Numbered from the stretch's first letter, positions 35,988 through 44,858 are shown. The stretch is 58,053 nucleotides of DNA from Bacillota bacterium (GCA_012521465.1 JAAYMI010000011.1:1-58053), one strand, 5' to 3'. Translations and numbers: made by a program. Notes: a model not told the origin generated them from the sequence alone.

Positions 35988-37483
35988 CGGATTTTCCCTC
36001 CTGTTGCCAGTTTCATAATACTCTCTTCACTGAACTCGTCTCGCTGCAGTTCACCAGCGATCCGGCCCGCGGCCATCACATAGATCCGATCGCACATCCC
36101 CAAAAGCTCCATCAGTTCCGACGATACCATAACAATGGCTTTACCCTGCGCCGCCAATTTGGTCATGAGGCGGTATATCTCGTGCTTTGCCCCTACATCG
36201 ATACCTCTGGTCGGTTCGTCGAGAATCAAAATGTCTGGTTCGCTGATCATCCACTTGGCCAGCAGCACCTTCTGCTGGTTGCCGCCGCTGAGGGCATCGA
36301 TAGCCGTGTCTAAATCAGGCGTTTTAACATTCATGGCTTGAAAATGTGCTGACACTTCTGCGCGCTCTTTGCGCTGATGCAGCCGCCCTCCGTAGATAAA
36401 ACGGCTCAGATTCGGCAGGACCGCGTTCTCGGTCACGCTGCGCACACCCACGATGCCAAACCGCCGTCGATCTTCAGAAAGCATGGCGATGCCGTTTTGG
36501 ATCGCTGTGCGGACATCCCGAACCTCCACCGCTCTGCCTCGCACCAGGATCGTACCGCTGTCGTATGGATCCAGTCCGAACAGCGCTCGCACCACTTCTG
36601 TCCGTCCCGCACCCATGAGGCCGGCTATGCCCACAATCTCTCCCGCCCGAGCTGTGAAAGATACATCGGCGAACATTCCTCTGCTGGTTAGGCCCTTCAC
36701 CTCCAGCAGCACCTCACCAACGGGGACATCCTCTTTCGGATAGATGTTCTGAATCTTCCGTCCCACCATCAATGTGATAATCGTATCGGGATTCAGCTCA
36801 TGGGTGGGGCGGGTATCAATCACGCTGCCATCCCGCAGCACCGTAATGGTATCAGTAATGCGGAACAGCTCGTCCATTTTGTGGGAGATGTAGATTATGC
36901 TGACCCCTTTAGCTTTGAGACGGAGGATTTTCTCAAAGAGACTATCTACTTCCCGCTCGGTGATCGCTGAGGTGGGTTCGTCCATGATAATGATGTCCGC
37001 GTTTTCGGAGAGAGCCTTAAGGATTTCCAGGACCTGAATATCTGATACGCTTAAGTCTTTCAGCTGAGTGGTGGGATCGTAGTGAAGCCCCTCCGCCTGC
37101 AGCAGCTTGATGGTATCCTGCCGGATCTTCTTCCAATCCACACCGCCGAAGCGGTTGACCGGCTCCCGGCCTAGGAACAGAAATTCCTCGATGGTGATTT
37201 CCGGAATGTAGTTCAGCTCCTGAAAAATCATGGCGATGCCGAGTCTCCGTGCATCTAGGGGGCTGGTGATCCGCACCTCTTCGCCGTCAATGAGGATCTG
37301 GCCAGCATCGGGCTGGTAAACGCCGTTGAGGATTTTCATCAAGGTGGACTTACCGGCACCGTTTTCGCCGCACAGTCCGTGGACACTGCCCTGCTTGACA
37401 GTGAAGTTCACATTGCTGAGGGCTTTCACGCCGGGGAACGACTTCTCTATACCCCGCATCTCCAGCTTTACAATGCCAGACAT
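35984..37483 (-). CDS. CUT2 (RbsA-type) sugar ABC ATPase, duplicated ABC domain
   Basis: ORF 35984..37483. GENGAGKST Walker A, LSVSDIQVLEI and LSGGNQQKV signatures, IIIMDEPT and LILDEPTRG Walker B. Confidence 0.9.
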   Translation of the reverse strand: MSGIVKLEMRGIEKSFPGVKALSNVNFTVKQGSVHGLCGENGAGKSTLMKILNGVYQPDAGQILIDGEEVRITSPLDARRLGIAMIFQELNYIPEITIEEFLFLGREPVNRFGGVDWKKIRQDTIKLLQAEGLHYDPTTQLKDLSVSDIQVLEILKALSENADIIIMDEPTSAITEREVDSLFEKILRLKAKGVSIIYISHKMDELFRITDTITVLRDGSVIDTRPTHELNPDTIITLMVGRKIQNIYPKEDVPVGEVLLEVKGLTSRGMFADVSFTARAGEIVGIAGLMGAGRTEVVRALFGLDPYDSGTILVRGRAVEVRDVRTAIQNGIAMLSEDRRRFGIVGVRSVTENAVLPNLSRFIYGGRLHQRKERAEVSAHFQAMNVKTPDLDTAIDALSGGNQQKVLLAKWMISEPDILILDEPTRGIDVGAKHEIYRLMTKLAAQGKAIVMVSSELMELLGMCDRIYVMAAGRIAGELQRDEFSEESIMKLATGGKIR

Positions 37484-37725
37484 TACGTCACTTCCTCATC
37501 TGCTTCGTAAATATGTCTTGATTGTAAAGCAGATGATGGTTTAGGACTACCGTTCTTGTTTTGGTGGTTGTGTATAAAGTTAAGTAATCATAAACGGAGT
37601 TTGTTAAGCCAGAATTATCCATCTCCTATTTTTCGCTCTGTTTGTAGAATATTACGTAAGCCCTGTTAAAGCGGTTCCCACAGCCTGCGCATCGCACCTC
37701 CGACCACCACCACAGCCATTCGCGC

Positions 37726-37736
37726 AAAAAAAAAAA
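37726..37736. repeat. A11 homopolymer tract
   Basis: Counted directly (cgcgc-AAAAAAAAAAA-cagcg). Lies in the non-coding stretch just left of the IS66 remnant. Confidence 0.9.
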
Positions 37737-37777
37737 CAGCGTACTGGTGTCAGATCGACCAATACGCCTCTATGTAA

Positions 37778-38029
37778 GCCGAGGTAATCGCAACTACTTA
37801 CAGCATATTCGAGTCTTCCAAAGCCAACGGGCTAAAACCATTGGACTACCTGGAGTCTCTATTCATAGATATGCAGAACTCCAGACCGAAACGTCTCGAC
37901 AAGTTCCTCCAGTGGTCAGAGGCGATATCTAGCCGCTGCTGCACATCTAAGAACCAGAACAGTCAGCGGCCGTGCTCTGTTAGCACTGTACTGGAGCTGA
38001 GAGCCATGGAAGCACTGAGAAAGCTTTAG
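37778..38029 (+). mobile_element. IS66-family transposase (TnpC) C-terminal remnant
   Basis: The frame after an in-frame TAA reads AEVIATTYSIFESSKANGLKPLDYLESLFIDMQNSRPKRLDKFLQWS. This matches the IS66 C-terminal pattern (..aaiYSLieTAKaNGLnPyaYL....lP......d.LLPWn). The upstream 450 or more codons of a transposase are absent. Confidence 0.5.
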
Positions 38030-38686
38030 CCAGAATCTGATGTGCTGGCCCACGAGGACGCGTGGGATGCACACCAGGGAAATCGTCAATAAGCGCTTCT
38101 GCTCTTCACACACAAGACCCTCTCGCAGCGACAACAGGACCTGGTCTGAGCAATCGCCCAGGTGATTGCCTACCATAGACGGACTGCATTCCTCGATTGG
38201 GTACTGGCTCATATCGACCAAGAGCTAGAGCAAGACCTAGGGCAACGCCTGCGGGCTCTGGACCGCCGATCTAAACGATCTAAAGAGCCTTATAAGAGGA
38301 GTTTTATAGAGGGGGATTGTGAAGCAGGGCGAGCAATCGTTGCGGAGATACAGGTTGGTTGGCATCCGGTCATGGATCGATGGAACAGTACCCTGCAGAA
38401 GGCACTAACCAGAAACGCGGCCGGATTGACTGTAGACCCAATTATTCTCATCCACACGTGTGGTGGGAGATCGGTCTCGGTGGGTCCGCCTATCCGCCCG
38501 GTTGTGTTCGGGTAGAACTTGACCTTGCCGATACCATGAACTGGCAGGACACTCGCCTTAGCGCCGCAAAGAACCCCCTACATTTTGGCCATAACAATTC
38601 AGGTCGGGGAGTTAAGGACGGCGCACTGCACTTTACCTGCGTCTTTTACGGCTTTCGCCTCCATAACCACCGGAATCGGCACACGC

Positions 38687-39682
38687 TTACTGATTCTGAA
38701 CCGCTTCGATGAATGCCGCGATGTTCGCGGGCGGTATGTCTGGGGGCATAGAATGAGTTGGGGCAACGATATAGCCGCCGCCATTTCCGACTTTGGCGAT
38801 CATCTCCCTAACGTTCTGCTTAACCTCCTCCGGGGTGGCAAAAGGCAGAACCCGCTGGGTGCTGATGCCGCCGTAAAACGTCAAATGCCTGCCATATTCC
38901 CGCTTCATCAGCTCAGGGTCCATCAGCTCTGGCTGAAAGGTATTAAAGATATCGAGTCCCATATCAATTAAGTCTGGGAACAGTTCTTTCACATCGCCGC
39001 ATGAGTGCAGCATTACGTCTTTCCCACTTTCCTTCACCAAGCGGAACATCCGTGAGTACGCCGGTTTGATAAACCTATCCCACAGCTTTTTGCCAAAGAT
39101 AAGTCCCCTCTGCATCCCCCAATCATCCCCAAACCGAATGCAGTCGGTATCGTATGCCAGAGCCCTGTTAATCAGCACGACATTATAGTCGGTAATGCGT
39201 TCGATCAGTTCGTCCACAAATGCGGGGTGGAGATACATATCCATCAGCAGGTTTTCCATACCCCTGAGAGTCCAAGCCCTTTCAAAAACGGCAAACCCGA
39301 TACTGACCACTCGATAGCGATTCTGATTGCGTCTCACAAACTCGCCTATGTCTTCTGAGACAGGACACTGGTGGGGATCAGGAAACTCATAGCCGGCCAG
39401 ATTCGGCTCCTTCAACAGATATTCATCCACAACCCCGATATCCTTATCCACTGTCCGATTCCATACCACGCCAAAGTGGTCCTGATAAAACCCTGGGCGG
39501 ACTTCCACAAAACCGCCCCAGTCGTTGATGGCCAAATGATTGCCGATTTTGTCCATGAACTCAGGATCGCCGAGGTACTCAGCGGTCTGCTCCGCTGCAC
39601 GCTGGGTAAAATCCAGTTGATACGGGACAATGTCCGTGTCTCTGTGCGCAACTGCTTCCAGGACCCGTTCCCTTTCAGTCAT
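38687..39682 (-). CDS. uroporphyrinogen-decarboxylase (URO-D/MtaA) family protein of unknown role
   Basis: ORF 38687..39682 (331 aa). URO-D-fold features as I recognise them: DxVPxQ near the N-terminus, IRFGDDWG, MLHSCGDV, FQPE, YGGIST, GGGYIVAPTHSMPPDIP. Confidence 0.65.
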   Translation of the reverse strand: MTERERVLEAVAHRDTDIVPYQLDFTQRAAEQTAEYLGDPEFMDKIGNHLAINDWGGFVEVRPGFYQDHFGVVWNRTVDKDIGVVDEYLLKEPNLAGYEFPDPHQCPVSEDIGEFVRRNQNRYRVVSIGFAVFERAWTLRGMENLLMDMYLHPAFVDELIERITDYNVVLINRALAYDTDCIRFGDDWGMQRGLIFGKKLWDRFIKPAYSRMFRLVKESGKDVMLHSCGDVKELFPDLIDMGLDIFNTFQPELMDPELMKREYGRHLTFYGGISTQRVLPFATPEEVKQNVREMIAKVGNGGGYIVAPTHSMPPDIPPANIAAFIEAVQNQ

Positions 39683-39748
39683 ATTCCTTCTTACCCCTCT
39701 CCATCAAACTGCGTCCGAATGTTTGCCTGCTGATCCCCGCTCAGTGCA

Positions 39749-40768
39749 TCACGGCTTGACCATAACTTTGATGGAATCCGGGTCGCTTTGTTTGCGAATC
39801 GCGTCCTCTAATTCGTCAAGACCGTAGCGGTGAGTAATGAGAGGCTTAGTATTCACTTTACCCTCATTGATGAGATTCACTGCCCGCTGATGCGTATCAG
39901 GATTGATAAACGAACCCACGATCTTGAGTTCTTTCTGGAACACGTCAAACAGCTTCAGCGGGAACTGGGCATCGGGCTTTGGCACGCTGAACAGGACGAT
40001 AGCCGCCCCCTTACCGGCGGCATCAAAGGCCTGCTGCGTCGCTTTCAGATTTCCTGCACATTCTATCACAACATCGGCTCCCCGAGAGTTTGTGCGCCGC
40101 ACTGCCTGCCCCACATCTTCCGCAAACGGGTCGATGACAAAATCGGCTCCGTTTTCCAAAGCAATCTGCCGCCGCTGCGCAACAGGTTCGCTTAGGATGA
40201 TGCGGGCTGCACCCGAAAGTTTGGCCAGCTGCACCATGAGCTGCCCAATGGCGCCACCCCCGATGACGCAGACCGTGTCGCCAGGCCTGATCTGGGCAAG
40301 GTCAATGCCGTGCAGGCAGCAGGCGAGCGGCTCTGTCATTGCTCCTGTTTCGTAATCCACCGTATCCGCGAGGCGGTAGACCTGCTTTTCCGGAACAACA
40401 CTGTACTCTGCGAATCCTCCGTTGCGGTTAACCCCGATGGCTGTTAAGTTCTCGCAGTGCTGCTTGCGCCCACTGCGGCAGTAATAACAGGTCTGGCAGT
40501 AGATGTTGGGGTCGATGGCTACTTTATCTCCCACTTTGACAGTGGTGACAGATGCGCCCACCGCCACAACCTCGCCCGTGTATTCATGGCCCAGCACAAC
40601 CGGCGGCTTCACATCTGCCGAGCCTTTCTCACCGTGATATATGTGGATATCCGTTCCGCAGATCCCAGCCGCTTTATTGCGCACCTTCACCTCAAAGCCT
40701 CGCGGCTCAATATCGTCCAAGACCGCTGTCTCGATCCTACCTTTTCCTAAGAACAGCGCAGCTTTCAT
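39749..40768 (-). CDS. Zn-dependent alcohol/polyol dehydrogenase (threonine-dehydrogenase-like MDR)
   Basis: ORF 39749..40798. GICGTDIHIYHG, GHEYTGEV, CQTCYYCRSGRKQHC, GGGAIG. ATG 40768 (MKAALF...) is preferred over the upstream start. Confidence 0.8.
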   Translation of the reverse strand: MKAALFLGKGRIETAVLDDIEPRGFEVKVRNKAAGICGTDIHIYHGEKGSADVKPPVVLGHEYTGEVVAVGASVTTVKVGDKVAIDPNIYCQTCYYCRSGRKQHCENLTAIGVNRNGGFAEYSVVPEKQVYRLADTVDYETGAMTEPLACCLHGIDLAQIRPGDTVCVIGGGAIGQLMVQLAKLSGAARIILSEPVAQRRQIALENGADFVIDPFAEDVGQAVRRTNSRGADVVIECAGNLKATQQAFDAAGKGAAIVLFSVPKPDAQFPLKLFDVFQKELKIVGSFINPDTHQRAVNLINEGKVNTKPLITHRYGLDELEDAIRKQSDPDSIKVMVKP

Positions 40769-40798
40769 GGTTCTGCCCCCCGCTCTCCCCAGACTCAC

Positions 40799-41842
40799 CT
40801 ACACGTTCTGCTTCCGCTGCAGCAGCACTGAGGCAATTACAATTACGCCTTTGGCCGCTTCACGCAAGAACGGCGGCACCCCGAAGAGATTCAGGAGGTT
40901 GTTCATGACAGCAATGATCAGCATGCCCAGCACGGTACCGAAGATAGTACCACGCCCGCCGCGCATGCTGGTTCCGCCGACCACAGCGGCGGCAATTGCA
41001 TCCATTTCATAGCCGCTGCCCGCGTTGGCAAAGTCCATGGTCCCGATGCGCGCCACTTGGATGATGGAGGCAATGCCCACTAACACTCCTGTTAAGGCGT
41101 ACGCTCCCACTTTCACCCGATCCACGTTAACGCCCGAGAGCTGAGCTGCCCTTTCATTGGAACCCACCGCGATAACCTGGCGCCCAAAGACGGTGCGCTG
41201 CGAAACATAGACGAGAATGAGCGCGATGGCCAGCCAATATATGATGGGCATAAACATCAAACCACCGAATTGAACGTTGGCCAGCTGCAAAAAGTCCCTC
41301 GGTACCCTGGGATTGTACCCCTGCATGAAATGCTGCGTCACGCTGCGCAGAATCTTCATGGTGCCCAAGGTGGCAACGAACGGAGCGATCCGCCCTTTGG
41401 TGATGAGCAGACCCGTTAAGGTACCCAAGACAAGGCCCATGAGGAGAGCGAAGATGATGGTGAGGCCGTAAGCGGGCAAGCCGGAAATACCGAGGTTACC
41501 TAGAAAACCCTTGGGACCGATGTCAATCATCATCATACTGGCCGCACCAATAGCGACCAACGTGGATCCTACAGCCAGATCAATTCCGCCTGTGATGATC
41601 ACAAATGTCATGCCCAGGGCAATGATACCCACACCGGCGTTGTTTCTGAGAATGTTGATCCAGTTTCGGCCCCAGGCGCTGAACCACTGGCCCACCGAAT
41701 CAAAGTCGAACCCCAGCACTAGGGTTTGCAGGATGGTGAGTGCCACTACCACCATTATCGTGCCGAAGTGGGAGTCCGTCGACCAGCGCAGGCTGAGCCA
41801 AGTGCCAAATCCTGTTTTCTTGCCTGTCTCCATCGCTTTCAT
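40799..41842 (-). CDS. CUT2 (RbsC-type) sugar ABC permease
   Basis: ORF 40799..41842. Hydrophobic throughout; GSNERAAQLSGVNV motif. Confidence 0.85.
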   Translation of the reverse strand: MKAMETGKKTGFGTWLSLRWSTDSHFGTIMVVVALTILQTLVLGFDFDSVGQWFSAWGRNWINILRNNAGVGIIALGMTFVIITGGIDLAVGSTLVAIGAASMMMIDIGPKGFLGNLGISGLPAYGLTIIFALLMGLVLGTLTGLLITKGRIAPFVATLGTMKILRSVTQHFMQGYNPRVPRDFLQLANVQFGGLMFMPIIYWLAIALILVYVSQRTVFGRQVIAVGSNERAAQLSGVNVDRVKVGAYALTGVLVGIASIIQVARIGTMDFANAGSGYEMDAIAAAVVGGTSMRGGRGTIFGTVLGMLIIAVMNNLLNLFGVPPFLREAAKGVIVIASVLLQRKQNV

Positions 41843-41857
41843 GTTCTTACCCGCCTT

Positions 41858-43348
41858 TTAACTTGCATCCAGCAAACCTCCTGTTGCAAGCCTCATGATA
41901 TCATGTTCATTCATGGTAATTCCCGAGACTTCCCCTTGAATCTGCCCTTGGTACATCACCAAGGCTCGATCACACAACCTAATTACTTCCTGGGCCTCAC
42001 TGGACAGTACGATGATGGCCATTCCCTCTTCAGCCAAGTCCAGAATAATATCATAAATCTCTTCTTTCGCACCCACGTCGACGCCCTGGGTGGGATTATC
42101 CAGAATAAGGACTTTCGGTCGCGCCCCCAGCCACTTCGCCAAGACAACTTTCTGCTGGTTTCCCCCTGAGAGGGTGTTGATACTATCAGTGATGCGCTGC
42201 AGCCTAATGCCCAACTGCTCGCGCTGCTCCGCAAACAGTGCTTGCTGCCGTGTTTTGTCAATCACTCCCCGCTTGGCAAACAGGGGCCACGTTACAATGG
42301 AGGCGTTCTCGAGGATATTCATGTCTTTAATGATGCCGTTTTCCTTGCGATTTCGGGGCAGGTACCCCACGCCCAGCGCCAGGGCATGGCCTGTACTTTG
42401 GATTTTCACCTCTCTGCCTTCCAGCCACACTCTACCGGAGAGGATTTCCTCAGCACCGAAAATCGCTTGGAACAGTTCACTGCGGCCATCGCCCAAGAGT
42501 CCAGTAAAACCTAGTATTTCGCCGCTGCGCACTGAAAAACTGACTTTCCGGAAAGCTGTTCTGTGAGTCAGGTCTTCCACCCGCAGCACTTCCTCGCCCA
42601 GTCTGACCGAACGAGTGAGCTGCTCTGTGCGGACGTCGTGGCCTACCATGAAGCGGGCCAGATCATCAGTGGTAACATCTCTGACTTTTCCTTCCGCCAC
42701 CAGCTCCCCGTCGCGCAGTACCATGTACCGCTCGCAGATATCCATCACTTCATTCAGTTTATGAGAGATAAATATGATGCCGACTCCCTGATCCCTCAGG
42801 GTCTCCATCATCTGGAACACCCGCCTGATCTCCGGCTCGGTCAAGGAGGTAGTAGGTTCATCCATAATAATTACGGAAGCATCCATCATAATAGCCCTGC
42901 AGATCTCCACGATCTGTTTATATGAAGCATCTAGGTCCCGCACCATGGCTCGGGGATCGAGCTCAAGATTCATTCTGCGGAACATCTCTGCCGTTTTTTC
43001 CATCATTGCTTCTAGATCAAGCCGTCCCCACTTGCCGCGTATTTCTCGGCCCAAGAACATGTTCTCGAAGACAGGCAGATCATTAATAAGGTTCAGCTCC
43101 TGATGGATAAAGGCAATCCCGGCGTTCATAGACTCGGCGGGATTGGCAAACTGAACCGGCTTGCCATTGAGGTAAATTGTCCCAGCATCGGCAGGCAGCA
43201 CTCCCCCGAGAATATTCATCAAGGTGGACTTGCCAGCACCGTTCTCGCCAATCAGGGCGCAGATCTCACCATCATTGATGGTAATGGAAACATCCTTCAG
43301 GACCTGGTTGCTCCCGAATGACTTCCAGATATTCTGCATCTTGATCAT
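41858..43348 (-). CDS. CUT2 (RbsA-type) sugar ABC ATPase, duplicated ABC domain
   Basis: ORF 41858..43429. GENGAGKST, LSGGNQQKV, IIMDEPT, ILDNPTQG. The first 27 codons of the ORF look non-native; ATG 43348 (MIKMQNIWKSF) is preferred. Confidence 0.88.
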   Translation of the reverse strand: MIKMQNIWKSFGSNQVLKDVSITINDGEICALIGENGAGKSTLMNILGGVLPADAGTIYLNGKPVQFANPAESMNAGIAFIHQELNLINDLPVFENMFLGREIRGKWGRLDLEAMMEKTAEMFRRMNLELDPRAMVRDLDASYKQIVEICRAIMMDASVIIMDEPTTSLTEPEIRRVFQMMETLRDQGVGIIFISHKLNEVMDICERYMVLRDGELVAEGKVRDVTTDDLARFMVGHDVRTEQLTRSVRLGEEVLRVEDLTHRTAFRKVSFSVRSGEILGFTGLLGDGRSELFQAIFGAEEILSGRVWLEGREVKIQSTGHALALGVGYLPRNRKENGIIKDMNILENASIVTWPLFAKRGVIDKTRQQALFAEQREQLGIRLQRITDSINTLSGGNQQKVVLAKWLGARPKVLILDNPTQGVDVGAKEEIYDIILDLAEEGMAIIVLSSEAQEVIRLCDRALVMYQGQIQGEVSGITMNEHDIMRLATGGLLDAS

Positions 43349-43387
43349 AGAATCACATCCACAGGCAAAATAGACGTATACAGGGAA

Positions 43388-43419
43388 CTGCAAGAGGAGG
43401 CCGAAGCCGCCCCTTGCAG
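43388..43419 (-). promoter_or_regulatory. intercistronic stem-loop with a UUCG loop just downstream of the binding-protein gene
   Basis: The minus strand reads CTGCAAGGGGCGGC-TTCG-GCCTCCTCTTGCAG: a 14-bp stem with one G.U pair and one mismatch. Lies between the SBP stop (43436) and the ATPase start. Confidence 0.55.
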
Positions 43420-43435
43420 TTGGCTGCAAAACAGA

Positions 43436-44365
43436 TTAATATGGCGAACTGGGATCAAGGAAATCCTTATAGTTGGTCCGGTCAACGATGGTGGTAGGAA
43501 TAACGATCTCCCGAGCTACCTCTTCGCCCTTGAGGACCTTCAATGCTACGTCGACAGCGTCCTTCACCATGGCTGGGCTGTAGAGAGCAGATTGGATCCA
43601 GATATCCTCGTTCTCAGGCATCATCTCGAAATACTCCTGCATGCCGCCGCCACCGGTGATGACCTTAATGTCAGTCCGGCCAGCTTCGCGGATTGCCTGA
43701 ATAGCACCGATCGAGGTTTCGTCGTCCATGGAGTAGACGGCATCGATCCTGGGATGCCGCATCAAAATGTCGGCCATATCCTTCAGACCATCTTCAACCG
43801 TGAACTTGGTTGCATAGGTGTGAATGGTGAGGTTGGGGGCGATCTCCTTAACTGTATCGACGAACCCGGCTTTCCGCAGCTCCGATACAGAACCGGAGGT
43901 AGGTACTTCCAGCATTACAACGATAGCCTCAGGTCCAACCTTCTCTACGATGTAATGGGCACCTTGGACGCCCATGTCGTAGTTGTCACCGGTTACTCTG
44001 TAAATACCCTCAACGTCGATCACGATGTCGAAGTTGACAACGATGATGCCCGAATCCACAGCCCGTTGGATGGGCACTTCCATACCTGTCCACTGTGGGA
44101 ATGCTACGATGGCATCGGCACCCCAAGTCATGAGGTCGTCAAGCTGGGCTGTCATCTCTTCCGCGTTGTTGCTGGTCTGGATGTTGTAGTCTACTTCATC
44201 GGCCAGCTCCTTCAGACGATTTTCTGCATTGTAGGCCACAGCCGCTACCCAGCCGTGGGTTACTGCCGGAGCCAGGACACCAATCTTGAATTTCGCCGCT
44301 GCAGGCTGGGCGACAGCTGAGAAGAACATCGCAAACACTAGTACCAGCAAAGCAATTCGTTTCAT
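43436..44365 (-). CDS. CUT2 (RbsB-type) periplasmic sugar-binding protein
   Basis: ORF 43436..44365. Signal peptide MKRIALLVLVFAMFFSAVAQPAAA/K. Peripla_BP body. GGGGAGG lies 4 nt before the ATG. Confidence 0.8.
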   Translation of the reverse strand: MKRIALLVLVFAMFFSAVAQPAAAKFKIGVLAPAVTHGWVAAVAYNAENRLKELADEVDYNIQTSNNAEEMTAQLDDLMTWGADAIVAFPQWTGMEVPIQRAVDSGIIVVNFDIVIDVEGIYRVTGDNYDMGVQGAHYIVEKVGPEAIVVMLEVPTSGSVSELRKAGFVDTVKEIAPNLTIHTYATKFTVEDGLKDMADILMRHPRIDAVYSMDDETSIGAIQAIREAGRTDIKVITGGGGMQEYFEMMPENEDIWIQSALYSPAMVKDAVDVALKVLKGEEVAREIVIPTTIVDRTNYKDFLDPSSPY

Positions 44366-44775
44366 GTTTCCTCCCCTTTCAAATCAGTGTTCTTGCACTA
44401 AGTCCAACGGACAATTCACAATACAGCCACCTGCCTGCTACCACCCCCCAGCAACCTCCAAACAATCAACCCAAGCTCCAGTGCGGCTTCTTTCTACTGC
44501 CGCAGCAGTGAGTCGGGATATCCTGTGCCCCCATGCATGCACCAAGATGCAGGGTCTAAGAGCGCGATGACTTGCTGATAAACTGCATTATAGTAATTCT
44601 GTGACAATCTCCACGAATCCTCCCCTATGATTTGGAAACTGGATCGCGTTTTGTCACTCAGCATTGCCTGCGCGCGCTTTCCCAGAACCCACCGTTCTCC
44701 GACACATGTGGACTTCAGAGTTGTCGGGTCAGCACATGCTGTCCTGACGTCTATACCCCCCATGGGTATAATCAG

Positions 44776-44810
44776 CAAACACAAAAACGGGACCCTGTGA
44801 GGAGGATCCC
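44776..44810 (-). terminator. rho-independent terminator of pdp
   Basis: The minus strand reads GGGATCC-TCCTCACA-GGGTCCC followed by GTTTTTGTGTTTG, about 50 nt after the stop at 44859. Confidence 0.65.
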
Positions 44811-44858
44811 GCGATGGCAACCACTGCTCCAGAAGATCAGCAGGCAGCCTGAAACCCT

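Noticed and set aside
37726-37736. A11 tract as a phase-variation switch
   Set aside because: It is not inside or immediately upstream of any intact gene. It lies more than 240 nt from the RbsA-like start, in decayed sequence, so there is no reading frame or promoter spacing for it to modulate.
37774-38690. GTAAGCC at 37774 and CGCTTAC at 38684-38690 as a possible pair of IS66-type terminal inverted repeats (GTAAGCG consensus)
   Set aside because: The two arms agree only over 6 nt. The left one lies inside the transposase-homologous reading frame, and the right one overlaps the stop codon of the URO-D-family gene. This is most simply coincidence.
38162-38712. Two overlapping 117-aa plus-strand ORFs (38162..38515, 38359..38712) and a 101-aa minus-strand ORF (37916..38221) in the desert
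   Set aside because: They mutually overlap in different frames, lack RBS-like sequences, and have no family motifs I recognise. I report the region as a finding rather than calling genes.
44494-44820. 108-aa minus-strand ORF in the 490-bp spacer between pdp and the RbsB-like gene
   Set aside because: It begins upstream of the pdp terminator hairpin, so that hairpin lies inside its 5' end. It has no ribosome-binding site I can see and no recognisable motif. I looked for a riboswitch or cre-like element in this spacer but could not identify one by eye. A TATAAT at 44587-44592 (minus strand) may mark the promoter.
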